A stretch of 64,000 nt of DNA from Macrostomum lignano (lineage: Eukaryota), in NCBI GenBank assembly GCA_002269645.1, contig NIVC01000317.1:248001-312000 (forward strand), in the 5' to 3' direction. A program made the position numbers and the translations under genes. Every line of letters begins with the position of its first letter. Positions within the stretch are counted from its first letter, which is position 1. Of this stretch, positions 37,201-51,049 are shown in pieces. Under the pieces are notes generated by a model. It searched no databases and was not told the origin of the DNA. It worked only from the letters and a program-made list of their open reading frames with translations.

Positions 37201-39800
37201 GACCGCGTGACTGGCGAAAGGGAGAAGCAGCAGAAGCGATACTTGTGTGACACCCTGAAGTCGCTGCATTGCAAGTACCTCACAGAGTTTCCTGGACGTC
37301 GCCAAATCAGCCTGTCTACATTTAGACGGTGGAAGCCGTTTGAGGAAGTGTGAATTGATTATCTTATATTGCTATCAATAATGTTAGATTCTGCATTTAA
37401 CATGCCATTTTACAACCTCCCATGCTTGGCACAGTCCCACGCCACTTAAGGGGCAAAAAGTCGGTCTTGTTCTTGATGTGTTTAGTGAGAAGACTAGCAA
37501 TCTAGCGCCCCCCTTCGGGGTGGCCAATAAGCAAGGGACGAATCCTTTAAAATGAAAAGAATTCTTAGGGAGGGGGGCTAGGAATCGAATTCTTATTTTA
37601 ATTCTGGGCTTATTTACAAGTCAAACATGCTTGTGCAGAATTTTATAACTGACAATTCAACCATACTTTGCTTCTTTCAGAGCAATAGCGTACTACTTTT
37701 ACAAGTACGCTCTGCAACGGCTGGAAAGCAGCAACAGCAAAAAATATTGTTAACCAATGTTACACAGTTGCCTATCATGCAGAGGCGTCATTGGCGTTGC
37801 ACCAAGTTTAATGATGTGTACGCTTAACTGTTTTAATGTTTGCATACAAACATGGGCGTCGGCTATTGTGACTGGAGCCAGTGGTTATTTGATAGTGGAT
37901 ATTGCCTGGTACAATGACTTACATTAATTGGTTCGACTTGCTTAAAGTTATTGTTTCCGTAATTTAGATTTTGTACTTTTGTACTTTTTTGCTACTCAAT
38001 TGCGAATATTTTCGCATAGCCTAATTTCCTTTTAGCTACAGTTCTTTCTTGCAGTTCTCACGTGCCCCAACCCTTTTCATCTTTATTCACTCACAGGGTA
38101 ATTAAAATGCAATTTTAATTTCACTAATAACTCAACTCTAGGAACTTGTAGTTTTCTAGCTGTTTTTCATTAAAGTTATTTTACGACTTTGCTTGACCTA
38201 TTTTGCATATCATGCAACTTTGAAATACATGGACTCACTCTGGTTAACTTATGCAATATATTTGTGCGACTCGTAGACTAAATTCGTCATCGATATCTTC
38301 AACTCCACTTGATTAATTCCTTAAGGCTTAACTGCGGAAACACGAGTGTGTGATTGATGTTAGATTTAAAATGTAAAAACGAACCCAGTTTTCTGTCTGT
38401 TTACAAAGTTGTTCGCTATGGTCTCTATGGATATGGACGCTATTATAGCTTTTTCTGGCATTGGGCCACTCTCACTCACTCATTACCCCAGATCATAGCG
38501 GTAGGCGGCATATGCCAGTGTGCATACATGTAGCATGTACTGTGCTTGGATTAAATTCGAGTTCGTTGCTGCCTGAGTGAGGAGGCTGGGTAAAAATTTT
38601 TCAACCAAACTTTTCTAGCCGCCTGACAAGACTGTACTGTCATGTAGCTACGCCTACCCATTCCCCCAGGCCGGGGGGACACGCCCGTGTACTTAGCAAT
38701 GTAGTGTCGGAATAACTTCTTCATTTGCGCCCCAGCCGGTGGAGAGGGGCGCAGTCATTGGCGGAAACTAATAGAACAAACATTTTACGCTCGTACTAAA
38801 TGTACTTAAAGTAAAACACTGCAACTTACAGCCACCATATTGATCACACGCCCAAACCTGCATTTAAAGTAATCCAACTTATATACTAAATACTAAATCT
38901 ATAACTAACTAACCAAAAATTAGAATGGCTGATAATAAATATTCAGTAAAATTTTCTACATTTTTAATGCAGAAGCAACTTTTTTAAAATGCTTTAGCTA
39001 CAGTCACAAATTAGGGCGCAGTCTCCCATTAATTAGTAACAAATAATCCTTTTCTCTGCGTACTCGAACAAAGAACAAGAACAACTCTGCACTGTAATTA
39101 CAAAAGCAAATTTATAAACCCAATCAACTGCAAGTAGTCCTTTTATTTATTCCGTATATTTACAATTTCAAAGTCATAAATTATTTACTCTGTATATTCA
39201 CAATTGCAAAGTCATAAAAGGATAAGAATTAAGATGTTTTTGCAGAAGGCTTCGCCAACAAGATGGCACCATTGCACAAATTCTGTTACGAAATTTTCAT
39301 TGGTGTCAATCTTACCACTTGTTGGCTTGCTTTAGTCTGCACAGCTGGACAGAGGCATTCACTTGGGGCATGTAAACTTCAGGGATTACTAATGAGCATG
39401 TAAGAAGAGTTTGCAACCCTCCTCTTTTTGCAACCGGGCTTGGGACCGGCTTCGGCAGAGTTAAAGCCATCACAACAGACTATCTGGGGTTTGCAAAGGC
39501 TGCTTCAAACCCCCTCTGGCTGCATTTGCATGTACGAGGGCCATTCCAAAAGTTCATGCAATCAGACATTTTCTCCCACTACAAAAGGCTGCTAATTTCA
39601 GCTTCTATCACCGCACTACCAGACTGTCTGTCCATACAATACATACAAGTAGATAGATACAATGCAACTCACTCTTGCAGGCGTACGTTTTGAAGGTCGC
39701 TTATTCCCGTATGGTTACACGCCCGTTCACTAACAGTCGGAACTTCATTGCTTCGATATATTGATCCCTTGGAGTCAACTGAAAGAGACACCTCCAAAGG

Positions 39801-42800
39801 TGTTGTGCTTTTGGCTTTAGCCTTTAGCAATTGTCAGTCTAGCGGTCTGTTGACCTCTGACGCGTCTATTATTTATTTCATAACTCAATAGCATGGTTCA
39901 ATTCATCAACGCAGTCGCGTAACAAAAATGTCTATGGCAAAGCCATCAACCCACAACACCCTCCCTCTTCTATAGGTAGGTGTACAATTATCACTCAGGT
40001 GCGATAAAAAATTCTAGTTTTCTTGGCCAAGCGTTTGCTTCGCCTGGGTGACGGCTTGGATTGAACTCCAACCTCAGTCTGTTGCTGTTGTGCTCTCTCA
40101 GCTTGTTCTGTTCCCGGTAGTATCTCAGTGTCTGTCGATGACGGACGCGTCTGTTGGCCGTCGTCACTTGGACTGCTGCCACCGGGCTTGGAATCCCCCA
40201 TTTCCGTAGTTCCGTGAGCCTCAGGTACCTCACCGATTCGTAGTTGATCGAGGTGGGTCTTTAGATTTCGTCCAGTCTCTGTGGTAACGACTGCTGTGTT
40301 GCTGCCAAGCATTTTGGCGAATCTCACAGTTCGTGGCTCATGAGAACTCGATGCACGGTAGATGAGTGATTCTCCTGGGATCCACTTGGACTGAGTGCTG
40401 CTCTCCGAGATGGGGAGTCTTATTTGTCTGCCGTTCAACAACTCGGACGGTGATGCTTGCTGCTTCCCCTTGGCAGCTCTGTAGAACAGTAGAAATCTGT
40501 CAATACTTCTTTGGGATAAACCATTGGTCTTGATTGTCTCTTTGACGGTTCGCACCATTCGCTCTGCAATGCCGTTGCTCTGTGGATGGTAGGCGGGCGT
40601 TGTGATGTGCGAACAGCCGGTCACCGCTTCGCTCACAAAACTAGGGCCGTTGTCTGACACGAGACACTTGGGCACCCCCTGTTGTGAGAACAATCTTCTA
40701 AGTCTGGAAATGACTGTGTCGGCCTTCATGTCGCTCGTGATGAAGACTTCCGGGTAGCTCGAGTGCGCATCCACAATGATGAGTAGGTACTTGCCCTCTA
40801 TCGGACCAGCAAAATCAATGTGCACTCGCTCCCAGGGGTTGTCAGGTTCTGGCCACGAGTGCCGAAAGTTCTTATTTCTGGACTTGTACGCGTTGCACAC
40901 GTTGCATCGTCCAATGTAGTCAGCGATGTCACGGTCCATCTGTGGCCACCAGAACTGTTCCCTCAAAATTGACTTTGACTTTTCCACCCCAAGGTGCGTT
41001 GAGTGTACAGCTGCCAGGGCAGTTTCTCTCAGGACACGAGGCAATACAATTCTGTTCATTCTGTAAATAATTCCATCATTGACAGTTAGCTCATCTTGAA
41101 CCTTCGAGTAGCTGAGTAGGTGTGGGTCGTCAAATAAATTATTGTTAATTATGGCTGCGCCCAGGCCATTTTGTTTCGGCGTCAGACAGAGTCTTGCTCA
41201 TGTACAGCACGACTTGACCGCTTTGTGTCAACACTCCGCCCAGAGCTCGCTGAGAACTGTCGCATTCCAGTTCAATGGGCTTCTCCGGATCAAATATTTG
41301 AAGACTCGATTGATCAGAGAGAGTGACCTTGATTTCGTCAAATGCTATTTGACACTCCTTTGTCCACACGAAGTCCTCATTTTTCTTTCTTAGTCGATTG
41401 AGAGGCTTGGTCAGTGCAGCTAGGTTTCTGATGAACTTGCCGCTAAAATTTACGAGACCCAGGAAAGATTCAAGCTCGCCAACGTTCTGCGGTGGTGTCA
41501 TGTCCTGGATTGCCTTCACTTTGGCTGGGTCCGGCTTGAGCTGATCTCCTTCCAATAAGTAGCCTAGAAACTTGATCGAAGTCTTGCGGAATTCACTTTT
41601 CGCCGTGTTGATCTTCAATCCTTGCTGGTTTAGTCGATGCAATACTTCCGTCTCACGAACTGCCAATTGTTCTACGCCTTTGCCGCATATCAATATGTCG
41701 TCTACGTAGGCAATGACGCCAGGAATTCCTTGTAGGACTTGGCTAATGTACCGCTGGAAGATCGCAGGTGCTGTTTTCACTCCGAACGGAAGCTTGTTGA
41801 AAGCGAACATCCCAAATGGTGTTGACATTACTGTCAGCTCTTTGGAAGCTTCATCTAGTGGGATCTGGTGATAAGCTTTCTCTAGGTCCAGACGAGTGTA
41901 TATCCGGCTGCCAGCAGCAGTTGCAATCACTTCGTCAGGTGCAGGCATCGGATATGAATCGTTGATAAGATGAGAATTGATTGTCACCTTGTAGTCGACG
42001 CAAAGTCTGAGCTTTCCAGAAGGTTTCTTGACCACGACAATTGGTGAGGCCCATTCACTGAACTTGACGGGCTTGATGGTGTCTTCTTCAAGCAACCGAT
42101 CGATTTCATCCTTGACTCCCTGTCTGAGTGCGAAGGGTAGCGGCCTGGGTTTGCAATGAATTGGAGTGGTTCCTTCCTTGATCTTAAGAGTTACTGGTGG
42201 AAATTCGCATGACTGGGTTGCCGATGTGCAGCTGTTGTCTACAGCGTTTAGCGTGAAATTGAGCTTGTCTCGGCCAACCAGAACAAAGTTCCTCTGCGAT
42301 TCCACAATGAAGAATGTGATTGGAATGAACTCGTCATTGTACTCCAACTCAGTGTCGTGTGTTCCAAAGACCTTCATCTGCGTATCAGCGTATGTTGTCA
42401 GAACAGTGTCTGTAGGTGTCAGCTTTGGACAACCCAATCGTTTCCAGATCGTTTTTTGACATTACCGAAACTCCTGCCCCAGTATCGATTTGTGCGTTCA
42501 CGCTAAGCATCGACCCGCTCGTGTGTCTGAGCCTAACAGGCACGGTGTAGCTATCAACGGGATGTCGAATGTGAAAACAATCCTCCTGTTCAGCTTCGCT
42601 TGCATCTACAAAGCTTGTGGTCCTTGGGCACACTGCAGCTCGCCTAAATTGACCAGATGCTGACGGGATTTTGAACGATTTTCGGCCTTTGCCAAAACCA
42701 GTTGATTTCGTTTTGCAAACTGTTGCGAAGTGGTTTTGCATGCCACATTTGTTGCACGTTTTTCCTTTCGCAGGACACCCTCCATTGGAGCCATGCATTG

Positions 42801-44414
42801 TGCCACATCTGCCACACTTGGAGCTTGTAGAGTGGGAGCCTCTGGCCACCGATGCTGAAATTTTCATTACTTCAGAAGACTGCGGCTGACTGGTGCAACC
42901 CTTTAGTATTTGCGTTTGTGATAGGTTTTGGTGCGCCTCAGCGATGTTGATAGCTGTCTCAAACGTGAGAGTGCTGAAGTCCTGTTCCAATAACTTGCTG
43001 ATGGCCACCTTGTCATTCAAACCGAATACGAGCTGATCTCTCAGTCTCTCATCTCTGGATAGGCCAAACTGACACTTGTCTGCCTGGATGCAGAGTTGCT
43101 GTGCATACTCACGAATGCTCATTGATGCCGTGCGAGTGATATGCTGGAAATTGAATCTCTCAGCCATGACGAACGTCTTTGGTTCCAGGATGCTGGCCAG
43201 TAGTTTGGTCAGTTCATCGAAGCTCTTTTCTCCCGGCTTCTTGGGAGCGGCTCGATCTGCCAATGCGTCGTACAGCTTGGTGCTGAGCTTCATCAGCAGC
43301 AGCTTGTTTTTCGTGTCGTCCTGCCAGCCGTTGAGTTCGCTGCACAGTGTGAATCGGTCCAACCACCTCTGGAAGTTCGAACTTTCATCGAGTTTTTCGA
43401 TGTCAACTTGCTGTCCTCTCGATACTTGTGCGCTTGGGTTCTGCGCTGTCGCTGTTGCCGACTTTGTCGCTTGGACTGATTTCGACGAGATCGCAAGCGG
43501 TGGTGCTTTGTCGCTCGAAACCGTTTTACCAACTCCTTTAGTTGGCGATGCTGGCGTACTTCCAGGCATTTTCGTAGCCTATGCTTGCCGACGCCACTGT
43601 TGTGCTTTTGGCTTTAGCCTTTAGCAATTGTCAGTCTAGCGGTCTGTTGACCTCTGACGCGTCTATTATACTTTTTTGCGATTGAATTCGTCCAAACTGC
43701 AAAACCTTTCGTCCACAAATGCTTTCTTAATGGGAGCTAAATTTAGATCATACCATAGACAACTGTGTTCACGCAAAACGGTTCATCCAGTTTGTAAAAC
43801 ATTTCGTCCCCTAGATTAGAGACCGACCAAGTGTACTGTTCCTACCATAGTTAACACCCAATTGACAGTTCGCTTTTGCTACCACTACAGCTACAGCAAC
43901 GCATATCTTCCATTCTGAGCCCGGCAAAACAGTCGAAGATGAACCGAGGCCTGGCGGATGCACATTTTGAAGAGAGAGGTCGAAGCTGCACTGCACGTGA
44001 TTACACAGGAGAAGTGCCAGCAATGGACCAATCACACTGTGGGTTACTACGGCCGCTGTTTGGACTACGAAGACATTTTGAACTAACATTCTAACAAGAG
44101 ACACTGTTTTTGCTTTGTTCAATATCTCGTGATATCAAATAAAGTCGCTCCGTTTAGCTGTTAGCTGTTTGGACGAAGGGTTTAGACGAAATGTTTTACA
44201 AACTGGATGAACCGTTTTGCGTGAACACAGTTGTCTATGGTATGATCTAAATTTAGCTCCCATTAAGAAAGCATTTGTGGACGAAAGGTTTTGCAGTTTG
44301 GACGAATTCAATCGCAAAAAAAGTATATTTATTTCATAACTCAATAGCATGGTTCAATTCATCAACGCAGTCGCGTAACAAAAATGTCTATGGCAAAGCC
44401 ATCAACCCACAACA
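39801..44414 (-). mobile_element. Ty3/Gypsy LTR retrotransposon C (young, internally deleted)
   Basis: Identical 158-bp LTRs (39801-39958; 43598-44414 minus the MITE); perfect TSD AAAGG; PBS TGGCGTCGGC; PPT AAGAGGGAGGG. gag-pro 43569-42385 (CCHC, IDTGAG), RT 42437-41145 (YVDD), integrase 41059-39995. Confidence 0.96.
43669..44325. mobile_element. Tc1/IS630-derived MITE in the 5' LTR of Gypsy C
   Basis: About 140-bp perfect TIRs (TACTTTTTTGCGATTGAATTC...), TA TSD; interior keeps a transposase C-terminal remnant HILKREVEAALHVITQEKCQQWTNHTVGYYGRCL. Confidence 0.93.
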
Positions 44415-45700
44415 AAAGGATTATTCGTGCTGTTGTATCTCGGATCCGAAGTCTTTACCATACCGCCGGCTATGCGAACAGCATCGGAAGTATTGCAACC
44501 TTCCCAAATAGACCGCAGGTCCTTGCCGAAAACGCTGACTCTCATCTCAGCCGAGTCGTCCACCAAGACGAATGAAAAAACTTCGCCTCGAACATCGTTC
44601 TTCATGTAGGACCTGATCTCCATCAACTCGGTTACAAGGCCAGTAACCGCTGCTGTATTCATGTAGCCCAGTTTCAGGCCAGAGATTTTAGCCTTAATTT
44701 TCTTGGTGATTGTAGACGCCATTGTTGCTAAGTTGTTCAGTTTAACAGCTTTAACAAAGTAGAAACAAAACTTAGAAAATAGAAAGAGCTTCTAGAAATG
44801 TTGCAGTGCAAAATACTTCAGTAGAAATAGCAGGTTAAAATCACAATTTGCAATACATTTTGATTTAAATAGTCAAGCCCACACCCCAATCACCAGCAGT
44901 CAACCCCACACGACTAAACAGCCAATCAGAATACAGATACCGCTCCCTCCCTGTGCAATCTCTTCGTTTTCAGACTAAATCGGCTGGGGTGGGTGGGGTC
45001 TAGATCTGACAATGGCGTGATCTCGCGAGGCTGATTGAACTGCCAGGGCCAACCCCTTCTCTGTGGGGGTTATCTGTGATTATCGTTTTTCACACTCAAA
45101 CGATGTGTCATTTAGTTAGTCTATTTAGTCAGAATTATTTGTGTTTACACTTTATTTTCCCTCCCTCTATCCAGTTCAGTCTTATTATTCTTCTCTCTCT
45201 ATGTACCCGCCGTCTGATTGGCTCTATAATCTCGCCTATCTTCTCAGTCGCACACTCTACACTCTACCACCCCTCCTAATTCTTACTTGCAATCAACCCC
45301 AACCCCGGAGTTTACAACTAAGTCTTTGGCATGACTAAGAGATTCGCGACAATGAAAAACTGCCGAGTATTGCTACTTACCAGCTCAAGCTGGTTTTGAC
45401 CCAACCTCTCCTGGTCCAGCTTGGCTTAATCCACCCACCCAACACAGTGCTCTCGCCCCTTCTCCCTGCCAGCGTGAGCTTTACCCCTCACCCCGCAATC
45501 CCCCGCATGGCTTAGCCCCAACCAATCCAGCCACTGCTGTCACTCTCTTGAGCTTAGCTCCACTTGTCTGCCCCACCCCTGCGTGGCCAACCCACCAACA
45601 CACCCCAAAACGTTTTGCTATAAATATATTCTCACTTTTTGCCCATTTTCTATTCGCTACTGAATTTCCTACTATTGCTACTACTATTCTGAAAGTTGAA

Positions 45701-46360
45701 ATGAAAGTTACCATCATCGAAGGCGGCCGGCCTCGACGCCGCCAGAACCAACCCCGTAGAAGTAAGTATCGTACATATTGTTACTACTTTTTCATTTCAC
45801 CTCTCTAGAAGTGTAGTGTAGAGTTTTATAAATACTGAACACTTACACAAACTTTCTTCTTTCTTGTTAACTCTTAGAAGCAAAAAACCCGTAGAGTTTT
45901 AAATACACAACGCGTACACACATTTGCTTCCTCTCTTTCTTCACTCTTTGAAGCAAACAAACCAATAGTACGAATCAATCTTAGTCGAACTATATATTGA
46001 ATTTAATTCTGGGCTAAAGTATAAATCAAACACGATTGTGTTAAATTAAAAAACTGACAATCACTATACACGCCTTCTTTCACAGAAATCGAATGCTACT
46101 TCTGCGGGGAAAACCACAGAGTGTCTCGCTGCGAGGCAGTGAAACAATACTACGCCCAACAGCGGCAGGAGCAGCAGGCACAGCAGCAGCAGGCACAGCA
46201 GCAGCAGGCACAGCAACAGCAGCAAACGGTGGAGCACGTTACCATCGAGTGCCCAGCTTTGGATAGCGCCAGACGAACACTCGGGATAACCAGCCTGAGC
46301 GCCCTCTGTAAGGACCCGGAAGCCGGCCGCCGGCTGTGGAACGCGTTTCAGCGACTGTAA
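45701..46360 (+). CDS. Two-exon Arg-rich/CCHC zinc-knuckle/polyQ protein, copy 1
   Basis: Exon 45701-45761 (MKVTIIEGGRPRRRQNQPRR, A|GTAAGT) splices in phase to CAG|46086-46360 (IECYFCGENHRVSRC...polyQ); 111 aa. Confidence 0.6.
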
Positions 46361-46605
46361 AGTAAGGCACTGCACCGAGGGTAACAACCAACAGATACAG
46401 CAATGCGAAAAACAAACAGCAGCAGCAGCAACAAAACCACCAGCAGGCGCAGCAGCAGGAGAAGCAGCAGCAGCAGCAGCAGCGACAGCAGCAGCACAAG
46501 CGAGCGCCTTCTGGCCCTCCTTCGCAGGTTGGGGCGCCTCTGAGCGCCCTCCCCCCAGCTGCCAGCGGCAGCGTTGTGGGGCGGTGGAAGAAAAGAAAAG
46601 AAAAG
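46230..46605 (+). mobile_element. LINE 3' fragment within a CAG tract
   Basis: TVEHVTIECPALDSARRTLG and LLALLRRLGRL* resemble LINE RT C-termini; (AAAAG)n tail near 46590. Confidence 0.5.
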
Positions 46606-47419
46606 AAGCAGCGACAGCAGCAGCAGCAACAGCAGCAGGACAAACAATAATAGCATAGCATCCACCACAGTTGCAATCTAAAATAAACATTTGCTGCCAG
46701 AAATTGCTGCCTTTTTTGAAATTTGCTGAACAGTGTGCTTTCTGAGCTTTCTCTTTTGAATTAGTGTAGAGGCGCAGTCATTGGCGGAAACTATATAGAA
46801 CAAATTAAATCTTACTACATGTACTTACAGTAAAACACTGCAACCTGGAACTACCATATTGATGACGCACACAAACCTGTACATTTAAAGTAATTTAACT
46901 AACCAAAATATCAGAATGGCTGACAATAAATATACAGTAAACTTTTCTGCTTAAACTTCACACAAAGCAATTTTTAAAAATTATACAGTGTCCCAAAAAT
47001 TAGGTACGTAATAAGAGAGCAGTTCCGATTGATTAATCCTTTTCTCTGCGTATTCAGACAAAAAACAAGAAACTCTATTACAAACAATTTTTGTAGGACC
47101 TAATTGCATCTTTCGTCTTGATTAAAAGAATCACTGCTTCGAAAGTAGTAGAATCACTACTACTACTACCTACTTACTACTACTACTACTACTACTACTA
47201 TGTCATGTTATGTTTATTACATTATTATGACTCATCAATTTGTTAGGCAAGTCAGTACCAGTCTCTATTAAAGTGAACAATATGGCTACGAAATCAAGTA
47301 TTGTGCTATGCTTCCACACTCAACGCTGTTAATTTATTTACTCTGTATTTACAATTGCAAAAAGTCATAAAAGAATAAGAATCGAGATGTTTCTGCAGAA
47401 GGCCTCGGCAACAAGAATG

Positions 47420-48040
47420 CATCTTAGAATGCACTGTAGAAGAGATTCTTAGAATGCACTGTAGAAGGGATTCTTAGAATACAAAGTAGAATAGATTCTT
47501 AGAATAGAAAAGTAGAAGACATTCTTAGAATAGAAAGTAGAAAAGATTCTTAGAATACAAAGTAGAAGAGATTCTTTGAATGCAAAGTAGAAGACATTCT
47601 TAGAATACAAAGTAGAATTCATTTTAAGAATACAAAGTAGAAGAGATTTTTAAAATGCAAAAGTAGAAGAGATTCTTAGAATAGAAAGTAGAAGAGATTT
47701 TTAGAATACAAAGTAGAAGTCATTCTTAGAATACAAAGTAGAAGACATTCTTCGAATACAAAGTAGAAGACATTTTTAGAGTACAAAGTAGAAGACATTC
47801 TTAGAATACAAAGTATAATAATTCATTCTAAGAATACAAAGTAGAATTCATTTTAGGAATACAAAGTAGAAGACATTCTTCGAATAGAAAGTAGAAGACA
47901 TTCTTCGAATACAAAGTAGAAGAGATTCTTATAATACAAAGTAGAAGATATTCTTCGAATAGAAAGTAGAAAATATTCTTAGAATACAAAGTAGAAGAGA
48001 TTCTTAGAATACAAAGTAGAAGAGATTCTTAGAATAGATT
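47420..48040. repeat. 25-bp minisatellite (~25 copies)
   Basis: Unit ATTCTTAGAATACAAAGTAGAAGAC; period checked at 47701/47726. Confidence 0.95.
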
Positions 48041-48329
48041 TATATATTCAAAATTCACACCAAGTCAATTGAGTTAAAGTCACACGAAGCAGTTATGACA
48101 TAATCAATTTCTTAGGCAAGCCAGTACCAGTCTCTATTAAAGTTAGCAATATGGTTACGCAATATAAATCAAGTGTTGTGCTATGCTTCCACACTGCGTT
48201 TTCAATACTGTGACGCAATTCAATTCAGTGTCAAAATTCAGCCAGTACACAGACGATAAATAAAAAGCCTATTGTGATGATGCAATCGATTTCAGAATCA
48301 GAATTCAACCAGTCAGTTTTTTCTCTAGC

Positions 48330-48595
48330 ATTCTTAAAATGCATTTCAAGTCGAAAAGTTTGCTTGACCTTTGCAAAAAAGCATGTTTTTCGAATATTTA
48401 ATCCCTTTAGCATTTAGCAATTTCTTAGCCAAGATACATGTACCGTCCCGGGAAAATTTCTGATCGAATGGTGCAAGTTTGAACAAAATCGGTTGAGCCA
48501 TTCGGGAGATAATCGATTGCGCACAAGCAAACATACATACAAACAACTCATTTTTAGTATATGGACTAGCCATTTAGCCCCCCGCTGGGGGGCAT
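48330..48595 (+). mobile_element. Helitron/HINE-like non-autonomous 3' end
   Basis: AAAATCGGTTGAGCCATTC, (ACAT)n, TAGTATA, then hairpin GCCCCCC-GCT-GGGGGGC (48577-48593); related ends at 51470-51690 and 59745-59930 [(GACA)n + TTAGAGATTTAGTATAG]. Confidence 0.5.
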
Positions 48596-49074
48596 TAAAA
48601 TGACACCAAGTGGTTTTGATTTTGGCCCAACAGTAAACCATTAATTTCCCTTTCCATTAATCAAAAATTACTTTTTCTCATTCTGAAAAAATAAATTGCC
48701 ATGAATCAAAACTTTCACCAGCAAAAAAGTTTCCTTAATCAGCCCAAAACCCGTTTTCAATCAGCAAATAGTGCTTATCCTTTCAAGCACAAACTCTTAG
48801 AGCATATCGTCATTGGCCTGGGCATATTTTGGTCCGCAGCAGGAGCTCAATATGCAAATCCCTGACGGCCTTTGACACCCCTCTTTATTAGCCTAACTCA
48901 AAGAATCAAACCTTTAAAAAATACGCTGGTATTTCCTATCAGCAGAATTCAGCATCACTTGTGTGTACTATTTCATTATCTGAATTAAATGAGCTACTTG
49001 AGCTGTACTACTTGACGATATGACAATCGAACAACAAACCTAACCCCCTCCCCCCAAAAATTCAGCCATCCCCA

Positions 49075-49620
49075 TGAGCCTTGACATCTCAGCAATTCCC
49101 CCAGTAGGCCTTGACATCTCAGAAATTCCCTCAGTAAGCATCGACATTGCAGCAATTAAACTCGAGCCTTGACATCTACGCAATTCTCTCAGGCCAGTAA
49201 GCCTTGACATCTACGCAATTCTCCCAGGCCAGTAAGCCTTGACATCTCAGCAATTCCCCGAGTAAGCCTTGAAATCTCAGAAATTCCCACAGTAAGCCTT
49301 GAAATCTCAGCAATTCCCCTAGTAAGTCTTGAAATCTCAGAAATTCCCACAGTAAGCCTTGACATCTCAGCAATTACCCCAGCAAGCCTCGACATCTCAG
49401 CAATTACCCCAGTAAGCCTTGACATCTCAGCAATCCCCCAGTAAGCCTTGACATCTCAGCAATTCTTCTAAGAAGCTTTGACATCTCAAGAATTTTCCCA
49501 GTAAGCCTTGAAATCTGAGCAATTCCCATGAGCCTTGAAATCTCAGAAATTACCCCAAAAAAGCCATGACATCTCAGCAATTCAACCAATAAGCCTTGAA
49601 ATCTCAGCAATTCCTGAGAT
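49075..49620. repeat. 30-bp minisatellite (~18 copies)
   Basis: Unit CAGTAAGCCTTGACATCTCAGCAATTCCCC; degenerate copies at 50160-50335. Confidence 0.95.
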
Positions 49621-51049
49621 GTCTCCACAACAACCTGAAATTATCCCTTCAAATCCCAAAAAAACAGACTGCAGTCATACTCTAGCGGCATAGAATTGTT
49701 CCCACAGCAAACAATAATTTACTCAGCAGTCCACAGTAGTCCACAGTTACCACCTGAGCAGTTTGCAGCTATACGCTCATAAGTCTGGAGCAAAGATAAA
49801 AAAGCAAAGAATATGGTCTGGAGGAGCTCCGTCTGCACATCTCACATCTTTAAATCTATGAAATGATCCTCCAGACCAGACAAAATGATCTATATGTCTG
49901 GAGGAACTACCTTAGCAGTTTGCAGTTTGTCCCCTTTGCAGTCTGCAATGATCCTTTTGACAATCTGCAGTTCTTCTGTCGGCCGGCTCCTCAGTCTCCT
50001 GCTTAGCAAACTGCAATGATATTTTCAACAATAAAAAATTGCTAACAGTTTAGTAACGACTCATCAATCAATTTTCGATACATACCGGCAGTTTTTTGCA
50101 CAAATCAGCATTAAGCAATACCTTCATTCCTAAATAGCAAGCATCCCCCAAAAGAAAGCAATCGCAGCATCTCCCCCCGTCAACCTTGTAATCTCAGCAC
50201 TTCCCCCCATAAGCCTTTGAAACCTCAATTCAAGCGATTCGTCCAGTAAGCCATGGCATATCAGCAATTCCCCATGGGCTTTTAAAGTCAAAAATTGCCC
50301 CAAAAACCCATGACATCGCAGCAATTCCTGAGATATGCCCACAACAACCTGAAATTATCCCTTCTAATCCCACAAAACAGACTGCAGTCATTATCTTAGC
50401 AGCCTGGAGTTATCCCCTTGCAGTCTATAACTTTCATTAACATTAAGCATTTATCCCCTCAGCAGCCTAGAACTGTCCCGTCAGCAAACCACAATAATTC
50501 ACTCAGCAGTCCACAGTAATCCCCTAAACAACCTGCACTTAATCACTTAAACTGTACAGTTTTGAAACTGATGTCTTGCTATCCTATCTTCTCTGAGAGT
50601 TGTCTTGCTCAGAAGTCTATCAATCCTCCAAGCAGCCCCCCTCAGCAGTTTTCAGTTTGTCCCCTTTGCAGTCTGCAGTTCTCCTCTCGGCCGGCTCCTC
50701 AGTATCCTTAGCAAACTGAAATAAAGGATCCTTTTAAGAATCTGATTTTTTTCTCAGCATTTATTACGATTCACTAATAAATTTTCGATACATATCGGCA
50801 GTTTTTTTCACAATTCAGCCTTCATTTTAACAATAAATTTAGCAGTTTAGCAATTTGATACTTTCATGGAGCTAGGCAATACCCATTGATGCGATGAGTA
50901 ATACGCGAAGCAGTTTTTTACAAATCAAATTTGCTTAGTAAATTAGCAAAATTTTTTCATGAAGTGTGCCTTGTGAATTCAACAAAAATATTCCTATTAG
51001 TTGAGCCCGAAGTTATATATAAATGAATAAATAAATTTAATTTTAATCA

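Larger units (their letters stand above)
39673..44722 (-). pseudogene. RPA70-like OB-fold gene, copy 1 (exon 1 split by Gypsy C)
   Basis: ...FSFVLVDDSAEMRVSVFG...STNNP (44722-44415) continues after the insertion as LEVSLSVDSKGSIYRSNEVP...RLQE then GTGAGT (39800-39673). Collinear with copy 2 and has the same phase-2 donor. No exon 2 homologue found. Confidence 0.82.

Noticed and set aside
39290-39620. PHD-finger-like exon or exon 2 of OB gene copy 1
   Set aside because: Cys-rich fragments are interrupted by stops in all frames, and no in-phase acceptor gives OB-fold sequence.
46064-46690. Poly-Ala/Cys/Leu ORFs on the minus strand (also 55773-56275)
   Set aside because: They are alternative-frame readings of CAG/CAA microsatellites.
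49176-49628. Repetitive ORFs such as EISRLTG...
   Set aside because: They arise from the 30-bp minisatellite; no start or splice context supports them.
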